From positions 868,001 through 932,000 of the forward strand of contig NC_087461.1 in NCBI RefSeq assembly GCF_036321535.1: a stretch of DNA of 64,000 bases, read 5' to 3'. Below, in pieces: positions 27,292-40,162 of this stretch. Each line of letters starts with the position of its first letter. The stretch's first letter is position 1. The notes below the pieces were generated by a model, which saw nothing but the letters and a program-made list of their open reading frames with translations, did not search any database and was not told the DNA's origin. A program made the translations under genes and the position numbers. This DNA comes from Camelus dromedarius. Taxonomy: Eukaryota.

Positions 27292-30200
27292 TTTTTTAAC
27301 TAATATTTCAGGTAAGGCACCCAAGAGGCTTGGGTTCTCAGTGTCCCGGCATCCTACTCCCTGACGAGAGGCAGCAGCAGAGTCTACGAGAAATGCTGCT
27401 GGGAGGGAAATGTGTCGGCTGGGTGCCGCAGCTGAACACAGCTACAGAAGGCTCAGGAGGAGCCGGGGAGAGAACTCGGCGGGCACACGGCAGTTTGGGC
27501 CACGTAATGAGGGGACCAAGACCCGCACAAACATCCGAGGCCAGTGCCTGAGGCTCTGCGGCATCTTCCGACGGTGGATTTTCATAACCATGAGCCTCTG
27601 TCTCCAAGGAAAGACTGTTTACGTCTCTGATGCGTTTTTATGTGGCCAAAAGTCACTTTAATCTCGGGTCTCTTTAAAGCAGAAGATCTCTCCCTCTTTG
27701 CTGTTTGCAGGACAGTTCTCTTGTGTTCAGGGAGACACATCTTCTGGTGCTCCTGGCAGCAAGGTTCTGGCGCGTGTGTGGGAGCCGATGGGGCATCGCG
27801 CCCACGCCGGGCTCTGGGGAGGTCAGCGGCCCGACCACTTTACTTTATCTCAGACGGGCTGCTGGTGGCCGTGCTCACTGGAGGGCAGTCAGGGGAGGAG
27901 CTGGGAGTGGAGCAGGTGTCTCCAGCTGCCAAGACCCAGGGCGAGGAGCCTGGTGAGGAGGAAGGAAGGCAGAGAGGCAGCAAGACTGTCTCAGGGGCTT
28001 GGGGAGGCCGTCGACCGGCGTGGACCCTCCCACGACCTGAGGGAGAAGAGGCCCCGTACTGGGGTTTCTCCTCTCCCCTCGACCACGTTCCCAGCCTATG
28101 TGGGCCACACAGCCATGCAACTTCAAGCCAGGCTGGGCACCTACCAGCAGTGTCACATCTCCAGTTTGCTCTTGTGTCCTGCTTTGCGGTCTCAGTGTCA
28201 ATCTGGAGAGAAGTGAATCCTGACCCAGGCCTTGGGGTGGGAGGCAGACGGGTGGTGAGTAGGGGCAGACTGAGGCCTGTCTCCAGTCCCTCCCCTGGGG
28301 TGGGCTGGGCCCTGCTCTGACACCTGACAGCAGGGCCCCCACAGGGGCTGACAGCCCTCGCATTCAGAATTCCTCTTCCTCCCCTTCTTGGCCGACGCCC
28401 CCAAGCCAGCCCAGAGCCAGCCCTGCTGAGCCCGGTGTCCTCTCAGCAGCACCAGCGAAACCAGAGCGGGGGGCTCCCGCGCCTACGCACCTCGAGCTAC
28501 ACACAGTTACAGGACATAACGTCCGTCCGTCAGGGCTTGGGGCAAGTCTAACAGCAGGAAACTCTCGTCTGTGCTGCCAGCCACGGATGTGGGGCTGGCT
28601 GCTTCAGCCTGGGAAAGGGAGGTCCAGGGCCGGCCCTCGGGGGCTGGTGGCCTGGGACAGGCCCAGCCTGAGGTCCAGGCACCTCTCTCACTCTGAAGAG
28701 CGGCCAGCTTGGGTGGTGATTACACCGGCCCACGTTTCAAAGCAACCTGTGCTTTGTGCCCCCACGGCCAGGGCGGGAGGCATCGCTCCTGCCCATCCCA
28801 CACCACTCACATCTGTGCAGGGGGAGCTGATGAGAATTCTGCATACGTGGAATTGCTAATGAGAGATTTGCCCGCACGCTGTTATTTTGCCTTGGTATCT
28901 GTCCTGAACGAGTGGCTGATTACAATCAAGGGGACAGGCCATCACCCAGTGCAGCTCCTGGACCCTTAAAACCTCGTTTTGTGTGACCCGGTTAATTGAG
29001 GCGTCTTTCTCTTAATGCCTCATGACAGCCACTGAGGGGAGAGCCTCAGTTACAGTGTCTGGATCATGCTCCACTCCGACCACTCTGAACTGATTTTAGA
29101 GCCACGGGTGCTGCAGGGCACGCAGCCCGCGTGTCACACTGTGTTTATCCAGGGTGTCGGGAGAAGTGCCCCGAGGGCCCCGGAAACCGGACCCGGGGAC
29201 GCGGGTTCTTCACCCAAATGTCCTCGCTTCGTCCCTTGCCCGGCTTGCCTCTCCCCCTGTCCAGTGTTCGACAGCAGGACCCCTCCGCACCCCGCCAACC
29301 ACCGCGGGCGTCAAGGAGTTGGGGGCTGATGGCATCAAGTAAGCACAGCGCGTCTGCCCAGCGCTGAGCCCCCTCTGTGGACCATCCGCAGCCTGCCCCT
29401 CCTCCGTTTCCCTGAAATGCATTCATCTGCACTTCCTTTCCCGTGCAAAGTCCATAAATCCGACAAAGTGCTTGCGGCCGGTCAATTCTGGACAGGCCTC
29501 TGCTCCCAACTCTGCCTTCTTTCTCCTGTCCCCTCCCCGCCTGCCTTTGCCGGTCCGGGGTCCCTGCACAAGGAAGGGCTCTGCCGGCTCCCGCCTGCGC
29601 CTCACCAGGGCCGCTGTTTCCCAGGCGGGGCTCCCTTCCTCCTTACCATGCGGTGCCTGCGCTTCCTAAGGGGACAAGAACCACTGTGCTTCCCCCAAAA
29701 GCGCCCGGTGCCAAGGTCCCCACAGGACGCGCGAGTGAGTGCGGGACTTGCCCCCATCAGAGAAAATCCAGTCCTCCATCTACTGCCTCCGCCTCCCCTG
29801 AAATTCAGGACCTTCCTGCCTCCACAGCTCCGGGTGGGCAGGCGGTGGAGTGGCCAGTACGGGTCCTTCGCCAGAGTTGCCTCAGAATGAAGGGCTGCGG
29901 GGCTGCGCCGGGCGCCGGGCGGGGTTTCAGGACACACGGATGTACTTAAACAATAAAGGCTTCTCTATTCTAGGAACTTTATAACTGAGGATTATACCTC
30001 ATTGATCATACAGTGATCTTAATTTTCTCTGGAAGAACAGTGTTCCCTTGCAAATGGCGATGGCTGTGGGTCTGCCTGCTAGGGGACGGGGCCCCTCTGG
30101 AACAGTGCCTTAGAAACGCCCCACGAGAAAGCGGGAAACGCCTTGCGTCACGGCGTCACCTGGGCGGGGGTAACGTGAAGCTTGGGAAGCCCGTCTCACG

Positions 30201-32324
30201 GATGACGTGCAGTCTTCTCGTCACCCTGACCCGTGAAAATAAATCCTGATTGGCTTTGCTCAGAGAGGGAAAGTCGGCCTTGCTGCAGCACTGAAAGGAG
30301 CTTTACGTCCATGCCAGGCAAACCGGGACACGCTTTTCTCCCTTTCACCTTCCCTCGCGGTCCCTTCTGCACCAGAACACACCCCGTGTGCTCTCTGTGT
30401 CCTTCTCCCCAACAACTCACAAGAGACAGAGCCACAGAAATCTCATCGTGACGGTCACTATTTCATTTCTCTCTGTCACAGGGAAGTCCAGGACTTAAAG
30501 AGGCAGAGTAACAGAGTTAAAAACCGAAGAAGCCCTGAGCCAGGAATCAGGACAGAGATTCCAGCCCTGGGTCTGCAGTAAACTGTGTCTCTCTGAGCAA
30601 GTTGTTCACCAGGGCCATGGCACCTGCCCTGTACATGAGGGGGTGGAATCGGACGGTCCTGAGGCTCCCAGAGCGGCAACGCCCAAGACCCCTGGCTCCA
30701 CGCAGGACGTTCTCACCCCCGCCGGCCCCGCCGCCATCATGACCTGCCCCGTCACACTACCTCCTGTGCACAAACCTACCCCAGGGGCTTGGGGGCTAGG
30801 CCTCCTTCCCTGCAGACAACCCTCCCAGCACCGAGGCCCCAGGAAGGGCGGCGGGTGAGCGCCGTGGCTCAAGGGCAGGTGGGGGCATCATGGGCTTCCG
30901 TGACGGCGAGGGAGGGGCTTCCCCAGCATCTTCTCCGGCGGGAGTGGCGGCAGGACGAGGGTTCCTGGGCATCGTGCTCTCAGCCAGGGCATGCAGCCCC
31001 CCCGGACGGCACCTCGGAGGCACGGAGCTGCAGCTCATCAGGTTCATCGGTGTTGACAGGGCGGCCAGCGCCGTGCACTTAGTTTTGTGCACTTCCCACC
31101 AGCTCCCAGGTCAGAGCTGGGGACCAGGGAGGTCAGTCAGGGTTGCACAACCAGTACAGGCAGCACCAGTGCTCCCACGGAGGCGCGTCCGGCCCCAGTA
31201 CAACTCACTTCTCCATTCTGACTCAAGAACCCTTTGGTTCCAAACTAAACGTATGTGAGAACATTGAAGGGGTTTCTCGTGTGGGGTCCAAACCGGCCTG
31301 GCTGATGGCACTCTGGGCTGTGACTTCAGAGGAAGGACGTGGGGAACGACACCGTGACCCCATCAATGACATCTCGTTTGTTTCCAAAGAAGGGAAAGGG
31401 TGGGTGAGTGTAGGTCTGGTCCTGAACCTGCCTCTGGGCGGGAGTGTGGCTCCCACTGCTTTCTGGTCCGTGATGCTGAGAAGCTCCCTGTTCCGGGTAA
31501 GGGCCTGGGGTCAGCTGCAACACACAGAACCCATGGGATCGGGAGTGAGAAGTAGGATCGGTTTGTTCTCAGATCCACTGATTTTGGGGAAAAAGCTTCA
31601 CCAACTGGAAGCATGGAGTCAAGAGAGATCATGTGCTGGGTTAACGTCATACAAGTGCCACATTTTGAGACAGAGGAGGAAGGAAAGGAGAGAAAAAGAC
31701 ACCATCCCCAGAGAAATGGCAGCCTGGAGGCGACAACTCAGTCTGGGTGAGCAGAGAAATGCAGGGGGACAAACAGTGATGTCCCGGGACTGGGGAGACA
31801 CTGTGGGACAGCCGGAGACCAACGCGTTTTGCAGGGCTGGTCCTCCTGGCGAGGGGACACTGCTCTGCACCGGGCCGTTTCAAAGGGCTTATGTCGAGCA
31901 CGTTAGGTCAGTGAACATCCTCAGTCCATGTGTCAAAGTCCGGGAGCTCCGTGTGCTGTGCTCAAAAACGGCAGCTGCCGATCGCGCGCTTCCCTGGCAG
32001 GACCAAGCACTGTAAGACCCTGAAGAGTGTAATTAATGGCTTAACTACGGCACGTAAACGTTTCAGCACGGAGCCCAGGCCTTCTGCGGGGCTCCCAGAC
32101 CCCGAGTCCGAGATCACGTCCTGAAATCTGTGACAGAGAAACAGGCTTCTTCCGGAGTTTTTGAGAAGACAGTGAAAGCCGAAGACATCCTTCTCAGCGA
32201 CTAAAAGGCTTTTTTAAAAAGCTTCAGAACCTCTAAAAAACCTTAAAGATACTCTTCAGATTCAGAAAAGCAGTAAATGCAAAGTATTTGTCATAAGATT
32301 CAAAGCAGAATTTGGTGCTGAAAA

Positions 32325-32560
32325 ATGTACCCATGTACCCATGTGTGTGCACACACACGATGTGTGCACTCACACACGTGCACACGGACACGTGATGCAC
32401 ACGCACACACGTGTAAGTGTGCATGTGATGAACACACATGCATGTATGTAGGCATGTGCACACATGTGCATGCATACACATGCATGTGCCTATGTGTGCG
32501 TGTACATAGGAGTGGGAAGGAGTGAGTGCAACATGAGGGGAAGGAGTGAGTGCAACATAA
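32325..32560. repeat. Complex CA/TG/CATG alternating purine-pyrimidine tract plus a short tandem duplication
   Basis: About 185 bp of mostly (RY)n, with perfect alternation at 32452-32489. Followed by two copies of ggaaggagtgagtgcaacat (about 32515-32558). Confidence 0.9.
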
Positions 32561-33399
32561 GGACACTTTCCTTCTGATACTTCTACTCAGACGTCACCAG
32601 GAACAAGCACGAGAACTCAGGACTGATTGCAGAAAGTTCTAGAGTTCCCTTTTCTCTTGCCCCTTAACTGAAGGTTTATGTATCTGTCCAAATGGGAGTA
32701 GCTTTTTACCACTTCTTAGCCGCTCTTAATTATTTTATAAACCCTAAATTGCTGTTTTCTTTGCTGTTTGTAACTCCTAAACGGTGTAGGCCCAGCCAGG
32801 CTTTCGCCAAAAGTAAGGGCTGATTTCTCCAAAAGGTTTTCCAACCTGAAAAGTCCAGGTGGAGATTCTTTACGGAGGAGCAGCAGCGGTGACCCAGAGG
32901 CCGAGGAAAGGAGCTCCCTCTGCGTCAGGCTCCTGCTCTGGGCTGACGGCCAGTAGGGCATGGGGATGGCGGGGCGCAAGGGTGCCCAGGCGAAAGTGAC
33001 AGCAGCCTTGGGGACAAAATGCTGCAGCTCAGGGAACCCGGCTGATTCCTGCTAAACAATACGCAGGGATTGAAGGGATCTGAGAACAGAACGGTGTGTC
33101 TGTCTCAAATTTTCTCAAGGATTAGGCGCTTTAAAATTTTCCCTGAACAAATTTCAACAAATTCTCATGGCCTCACAAAACCAAACCCAACCTGTAGCTC
33201 GGGGCGCTCGCTGTGGACGTGCTGTCTGTTTTAGCGTGTGCACGAGCCTCCTGCCCTCTGTCCACAGCGGGAAGCGAGGGGGCGCAGGAGGAAGCCGTCA
33301 CAAGGGTTTAGCTGTAAATACAGCAGCTCTTTAGAAAAGTGCGGGTCCAGACAGCCCACGGCCCATCGCCCCGAGGAGGCTCCTGGGGGGACCAGCTCA

Positions 33400-34060
33400 T
33401 GAGCCACGCAGGCCTCCCCGCACTGCGGGGCCGCTGGCCCGTGACCGGCTGGCGGGGGCCTGGTGGCCCCGGGCGGGACCTGCAGGCTCGGACGTCCCCC
33501 CAAGCCCACTGAGGGCGGCTCAGCCTTCACCTCTCCGGCTTCCTTCCCTTTCAGTTGCGTCAGGCTGAGGGTAAACAGTTAAGTGGAATAAACCTGGCAT
33601 CCGAGCTCCTGGACTTCTCACCTGCCCCTTAAAGCCGTCCCTGCAGAGGGAAGCTGGTCAGTCGGGACCAAGGGCTGGAGCAACGCTGTGTCACCGGGAT
33701 CCCCGGGACGGGACGGGGCGCTGGGGACGCGCGGGCGGCGCGCGGTAAGGGGAAAGAACCGGTGTGGACGCACGTGGTGGGAAGGAGCTGCGAGTCAAAC
33801 AAGGTGGGACCGTGTGCAGGAAGTTAGGACCAAGCGGGTCCCACGCAGTCGCGGTCTGAGAGGTGCAGCCGCTGCACGTTCTGCAGCCGCGGGACTGACG
33901 AGCCGTCAATCTGCGCGAAGCCACGGAAGGGTCCAGTGGGTGAAGGTGATGGGACACCGAAGCTGCAGGACGCCCAGCGGCGCCCGGCCCGCGCCAGGAA
34001 CGGGGCTCCGTGCGGCTGGCAGGCCCAGGCCCTCGGCCGCCCCGTGGTGAGCGCTTCTTC
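33400..34060. promoter_or_regulatory. Second CpG-rich patch (candidate weak promoter or enhancer)
   Basis: Dense CpG, e.g. ggacgcgcgggcggcgcgcg and cagcggcgcccggcccgcgcc. Plus-strand donor-like GCG|GTAAGG at 33745. Confidence 0.35.
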
Positions 34061-35037
34061 ACCAGCTGAGCTGTGTCCTCGTTTGGGGGGGGGCACACGA
34101 CACGGTACAGAATTACGGTGACCAAGGACACCGTCACTCACAGGACGTTGACATTAGCACGTCACTGTGGCTCGAGTTCGCAGATGACGACCGTCCACAA
34201 CAGGGAAGATTCTGGACCTCGACATTCCACAGGCCCAGCTAACTCACCGCGATCAAAGTCAAAGTGAAGCAGTTAAGCTCGTGTTTACGTACGTTAACAT
34301 CCTGCTGCCTACTTCTGTGCGTCTGACATAGCTGAGCCCAAGGTGGGGCCCCGGCACCTCCCGAATCGCGGCTGTGTGGGCGCCCCCCATGTCCGTCTGC
34401 GGGGAGAGCCCCTGGAAGCGGGGCTGTCCGTGGAACTCCATACTCTCCACAGCCAAGGCTGAGCCAAGATAGCAAAGTCCAGTGGGCCCCAAAGCTTGCG
34501 CAAGAGTAAAGCTGCTGAAGGAGCGATAGTAATAAAAAATAATCAATAATATTCTAATAAAGTTGATAAAATTCTCAGCTTTAACATTTGCTGCTACAAA
34601 CACACCTGCATCATTCTCCTCGACTAACTTCATAAGGCGGCAAAAGTTATGTTTGAGTCATAAAATGAATTTATAATAATAAATATAAAATACATTAAAT
34701 GATGTAAATAATAATATCATTCTCTTTGTCAAAGAACTTTTTATGTGACAAGGCTGCCCTGCCGGGAATTTAAAGACCCGGGTCCACGCTGGCCCTGGTG
34801 GTGCCTGGGGGCCGCTGACTGTCTGGAGCTGCAACGGGGAAGCTGGGGGCCTGGGTGGAGACACTTGGTTACCGGAAGGCCACCCCGCATTTGCCTCCTC
34901 TATTTTCCAGACTAATGACGTTTGAATAAGAAAATATAAAGTGGCTGGTGGGCACGAGTGACAGCTCTAGGTGGAGCAGTTTACATGTTTGCATGTCACA
35001 TGCCACTCACACTCACAGCCTGCTTTTAAAAGGGCTC

Positions 35038-35051
35038 CGAGCAGATGGCGC
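35038..35051 (+). promoter_or_regulatory. Candidate CTCF site
   Basis: CGAGCAGATGGCGC matches 13 of 14 positions of the CTCF core CCASYAGRKGGCRS. Confidence 0.4.
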
Positions 35052-36445
35052 TCTGCTCGTAATATGGTGATTCTCTTCAAAGATGTGGGAGAAGAATATC
35101 TCAGAACTAAAATTATTCTAAACAAAACCATGTAACTTACTCCCATCACCATGAACCCCCTACGAGGCCTGTTTGTCTGACTGGGAGGCGGGGGGAAATT
35201 AGGAAGCTCTGATCTGGACTTTGGGGCAGAAACTGGAGGGAGGCGGGCTAGGAGACGTGGCCAGAGGGCCCTGTCCAGCTCAGCCCAGCCAGTCTCCCCG
35301 TGGCCTGGGCGGGGCTTCCCGCAGGGCCATCCTCGTGGCCTTCCCGGCCTTGCCCTGCCCCTCCAGCTGCTCAGTCCAGGTGGGATCTGATTCTGAGCTG
35401 GACACTCAGGTGGGTGGGGGGCCACACGGTGCCCTAAAGCCTGAGCCGTCCTCCAGGTGACTCCCAGATGTTGAGCCCTGGGCCGGGCTCACGGCACCTG
35501 CCATATCGGACGAAGCAGGTACTGAGGCCTGGCCAAGACCAGGGTGGAGTGGACACCAGGGACCCAGGTGGGGACGGTCCACACCCTCTTCCCTCTCCCC
35601 GATACCTGCTCCGTCAGCCCCACTCCCTCGGTCCACGCCCTCCTCCAGGAGAACCAAGGGAGATTCCTCATTAAACGACAGGCCGGAAAGTATGCTGTGC
35701 CTTCCAGCCTACTGGTTCGACCCGAAACGGGGACTGTGGCGTGACAGCCCTGCTGCTCCTTCACCCGCCCTGCCCTGGCTCCCGAGCCTTCCTGACGTCA
35801 CAAAGTGCTCCTCAGCTTTCACACTATTTCTACTCCTGTTACCGAGGTGGAGGAGTGGACAAATCTTCCAAACTATCTTAGTCAAAAAATGTAAAAACTG
35901 CAAACTGAAGATGTACTCGCACAGAATCAAAGTGTAAACAGACTTAGAAAAGTAAGTCGCCTCACACCTCGGTGCCTCTCACCCTGGAACTAATGTCCGC
36001 GTGTCTCGTGCCCCTCCCTGGAGTCCTCTGTGACACAGGGTAACCTGAGACACAGGACACGTGACATAAAGCACCACCCTACAGCACGCTCACCAGCACA
36101 CCCGCAGAAGGTTCCACACCTGACCTGCCGGTTCCAGGGACCATGGAATCCACGCTCCGGCTCGACCACAATGGGATTCCGCCAACCGCATCCTGCCGGA
36201 CGTGCGCCCAAATCTCCCCTGGGCGGCATCCGGGCTGTCTTCGGCCTTCAGCCGTGTTCTGCCGTTGCAGGCAATGCCGTGAACACTCTCCCTGGAAACC
36301 TCGCCTGCTGCGTGTACGTGTCCACGTGCAAATGTGACGATGGACCAGGTGAGCCACAGGCTGAGTGGCTTTGGCAGAGTTGAATTGACCACTGGGTAAC
36401 ATTTACAACAGTCAGGCAGGTGTCCGTCTAACTACATCCCCGAAG

Positions 36446-36465
36446 TTTTTTTTTTTTTTTTTTTT
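36446..36465 (+). repeat. Poly(T)20 mononucleotide run
   Basis: Read directly. No retroelement body recognised next to it. Confidence 0.95.
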
Positions 36466-37234
36466 GATAAGTGCAATTGGAAACTCCATCATTAAAGAAA
36501 CGATGATTTTAGGAAGAAACAAGCATTGCAAGCTAATAGGCTAGTTATCCTTGGACAAAAGACACCATAAAAAGCCACACAAAATGAGAGATTAGCTCCC
36601 ACTGGGAAGCCACGGCGAGCGCCACGGGGCGGGAGTCCCAGCTCGCGAGACACGTGCAGCTGGAGTCTGACTGGAGGTGTTTCCTGCGGAAGCAGCAGCA
36701 CCGGAATGCCTTGTTCTGATAGCTAATTAAGCACAAACAAGCAGTTTTGGTGTTAGCGGCTTACAGCGTATCTGCTTCAGGATATTAAACACGCGCTGTG
36801 GGGGAGGGTGGTGGCCGCTGATCTGAAGTTAAGACCCAGAGGCCCTGGATGCGGTGGCGCACGGGGTGGGAAGTGTGAGGTCCTGATAGAAGCTGCAGGT
36901 CCCAAACTCTGGGTCAGTCACTTGGGTCAGCTTAGCAGAGATGGCTTCTTGTTCCTGGTCCCTCCAGCCCTCATGGTTTCCTGAGGGCTAGTGGACAAGA
37001 AACAGAGAAAGAAATGGAAGGAAGAGATGTGGAGACAGAGACACACGCCTGTTCCTTCCTCATCCGCATCCCCTCCTCACGCCCAGCGCATCCGCGGCAC
37101 TGCCCAGCCCTGCGGACCGCACTGCCCCAGTGTCCCCCACACCGTCTAGGCCCTCCATCCCTCCGGCCCCACAGACTCACACGGGTTTGTCCCCTCCTAC
37201 ACCCTCCGTCCACCCTCCCACCTTTGCAGTACTT

Positions 37235-37310
37235 GCCCCATGCTGCAGCCAAAGATCTTTCTAAACACACATCTGATCTTGGCCGCTCAACACTCTTGGA
37301 GGAAACCTGG
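37235..37310 (+). mobile_element. L2 internal fragment
   Basis: catgctgcagccaaagatctttctaaacacacatctgatcttggccgctc resembles L2 (cacagcagccagagtgatctttctaaaacgcaaatctgatcatgtcactc). Confidence 0.5.
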
Positions 37311-39699
37311 TGTGTCTGGCCCCCGCCCACCCCCCAACCCCCCTTCGTGCCCCTTCCCACCTGCGTAGATGTGCCCCGGCCCCTCTGGCCACACCCCCCC
37401 CCCCAACTCCGATGTGAAGCCCTAACCCCCAGGGTCTGGGCCAGCTGCAGACTGGTAACGCAGCGTCACCTCCCGCCAGGCCAGGGCGCAGAGCCGCAGG
37501 CAACGATCAGATGGGTCAACCTTGATGAGGCTATTTTGACATCGAGGGAACTGAAAGCAGGGGGCGTGCTGGGCAGTCAGAGAAGCAGGCCCAGTACAGG
37601 CACGGTTCAGCCCTGCGGGGCAGGGCCCTGCGGGGAGGGAGCTCTGCGGGCTGAGGCGGCTCAGTGGGCCTCTGGACGGTGAGGTCCCGGCGGGGAGACT
37701 TCCCGCTAGAGCGGCAGTGTGCCCCCGGCGGTGGAGGGCGGTGGAGAGCAGAGGGCCCTTCGGGGGAGCTGCTGGGGGCGGGGGGCTATGACAGCCTCAC
37801 TCCTGCACACGCTGTCCTGGGCGGCGAGGGCCAAGGGGGTTTTCGGGGTCACAGACCTGGAGTGTCGGCTAAGCATCCTGGGACTCCATGTGGGGGAAGA
37901 GCAGCAGACTGAAAACCAGGTCCAAACAGGCTTTCACGTCAGCCCCGAGTCCCCGCACTGTGGTTGAAGCCCGCTTCCCAGCGCCGCGTCCTCCGAGGGG
38001 ACCTGTGCGCCCGGCCGGGGCAGCTGTCGCAGGAGGTGCGCCCGGGGACCCCCAGCTCCCGGGGACGGAGCAGCACGGATCAGGATCAGGGCCTGGACCC
38101 GCTGCAGCCTCCGGCCACTCCCCCGGGTTTTCCTTTTTGCCTTTTCACTTAAAGGAAGAGCATTTCAAAACTTGAAAGGGGGTGTTACCAGCGATGCTGA
38201 GGCCGTCTTCACACCTGGAGGAAACTGGATTATTGGGTTGTGAAACGTAGAGAGTGGACAGCCCCTTGCTCAGATCCCTAACCAAAACAGCATTGTTTGT
38301 GAGCACCGCCCGTCAGAAGGCGCTGCAGCCCAGACAGGTGCGTGAACGAAGCCTCCACCCGCTTCCCTGGGCCCTCCTCTCACCGATTTGCTGACATCTC
38401 GCATGTGCCCTGTCACCAGAGCCCAGTCCTGGGGCCATTTCAGGCTTTTCTTCTCCTCAGCATGCAGTTAGCGACCGACCTCCCCAGCGGCCGCCCCACC
38501 CTGGCTGACATCGCCCCGAGGCCCCGAGCCTCCGGCAGGAAAGTGCTGTGGCTGGAAGTCCCGCGACCCCCTGGGGGGTGGACTTGCTCTCAGCACCGAT
38601 CCTCGCAGATGAAGTAGTTAAACGCGGGGCCGGGGGGCTGGAACGTGACTGAACTGTAATTTCTGGGGAGTCAAGTTAAAACCGTTTTGAGGGCAAATGA
38701 CCTTTCTCTCTCTTTCCCAATTTTTTTTTAACCTGGTTTTGTCAAGGATGATACTGGAGTAATTTTAAACAAGAAATGCCATCAGTCAGGGATTTACACA
38801 CCACCACCTGCACTGATTCTGCTGAGCTGGAAGACCAGTCACTTTCCAGGACGTTCTGCTGGGTGAAGGGGGATGTGCTCGGCTTGGGGGAAACGGGACA
38901 GGGCGGTGGGCGCGAAGGATGGACCGAGGGGAGGATCTGGGAGAGAGGAGTCAGGCTCAGGCCTCGCCCACCCGTGAGCAACCCTCCTGTAACGGGACAT
39001 GAAAGCTGGTGTCTCCCTATGTAACCAGGGCTGAGAGCCCACCATCCAATGGCATACGGATGCCTTCTGTCCGGAGCTGGAGAAGCACTCGGGCTTTTAC
39101 ACACAGACTCGAGCGCAGGGAGATGGACACCTGCACCCGCTCTGTAAGCCAGCATGTCTGAGGGCACCGGGCCACCCGCAGCCGCTCGGAGAGGGGGCGG
39201 CCCTGCGGGTCTTCCAGCTCTCCTCCGCCACGAAGGCTGCGGGTGCGGCAGATTGCGGGGAGGAGGCCTGGGCACCAACCTCTCTCCCCTTGAGGCCCTG
39301 GAGGTGGCGAGACCCCGAGGGACCAGGGTTTCCTCTCCAGCCGCCACCCCTCCCGTCTCTCCAGCACCCCCAACTAACATCCAGGCTGGACAAACGAAGG
39401 CCGCTAGCCCACAGAGACAGCGTCTCTTTCCCAAACTCTCTGAACCCGGTGACCCCTCTCCTGGCAAAGCCCTGTAAGATATTCCGCTCGGGCTCCTCCA
39501 GCCCTGAGCCCTGGACTTGGGAGTGAACTCCCGTGCCCGCAGGGTTCTGGGTGACCCCTGACGGGTTTCAGACAGGATCTGCCCGAGCATTGATGCACTC
39601 TGGCCCTCCTTCCATCAGAAGAATACTTCATGATTTGTGACGATGAACATAAGGTTAATTCTGAGAAGCAGATTAAACGCAGGACACAAGATGTGAGCC

Positions 39700-39870
39700 G
39701 CTGGTTACAAAGTTACAAGCTTTGAAAAAGGACTGGAAGGAGACGGGGTAAAACTTCAGCGCCTGTTACCTTCATGGGCAGGACGACAGCAGAGTTTAAT
39801 TCTCCTTTCAATACTCTTCTGTATCTTCATAAATTTCTGCGATGAACCTTCAGTGATTTTACACTAAGGA
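39700..39870 (+). mobile_element. Ancient L1 (L1ME-like) 3' UTR end
   Basis: aaaaggactggaagga...ttctcctttcaatactcttctgtatcttcataaatttctgcgatgaac resembles the L1ME 3' terminus (aaaagactggaagga...ttttcttctttatacttttctgtattttccaaattttctacaatgaac). Confidence 0.6.
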
Positions 39871-39924
39871 GAAAGTAACACGGACGCAGAGTGATTCTGC
39901 ACATGAGATGGCAAGTCCCATGGG

Positions 39925-40075
39925 AGGCAGATGCATTCATGGACCCACGACACGGGCACCTGCGAGATGCCAGGGCCTGTCCCAGGTTCTCCAGACACAG
40001 CCATCCCAAGGAAGAGAGAGGGACACTCCTGTCCCAGCAGAACTAAAAATTCTCAGCGGTGGAGAGCAGGGACAG
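39925..40075 (-). mobile_element. L2 3' end fragment
   Basis: gcattcatggaccc...gggcacctgcgagatgccagggcctgtcccaggttctccagacacagc...cctgtcccagcagaac resembles the antisense L2 tail. Confidence 0.4.
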
Positions 40076-40162
40076 GCCCTGCAGGAACAGAAGTAAGTAA
40101 AGAAGGATTAGGGCTGCGGGCTCAGACAGGGCGTCCGGGCATTTGATTTAAAGTAGCATTTG

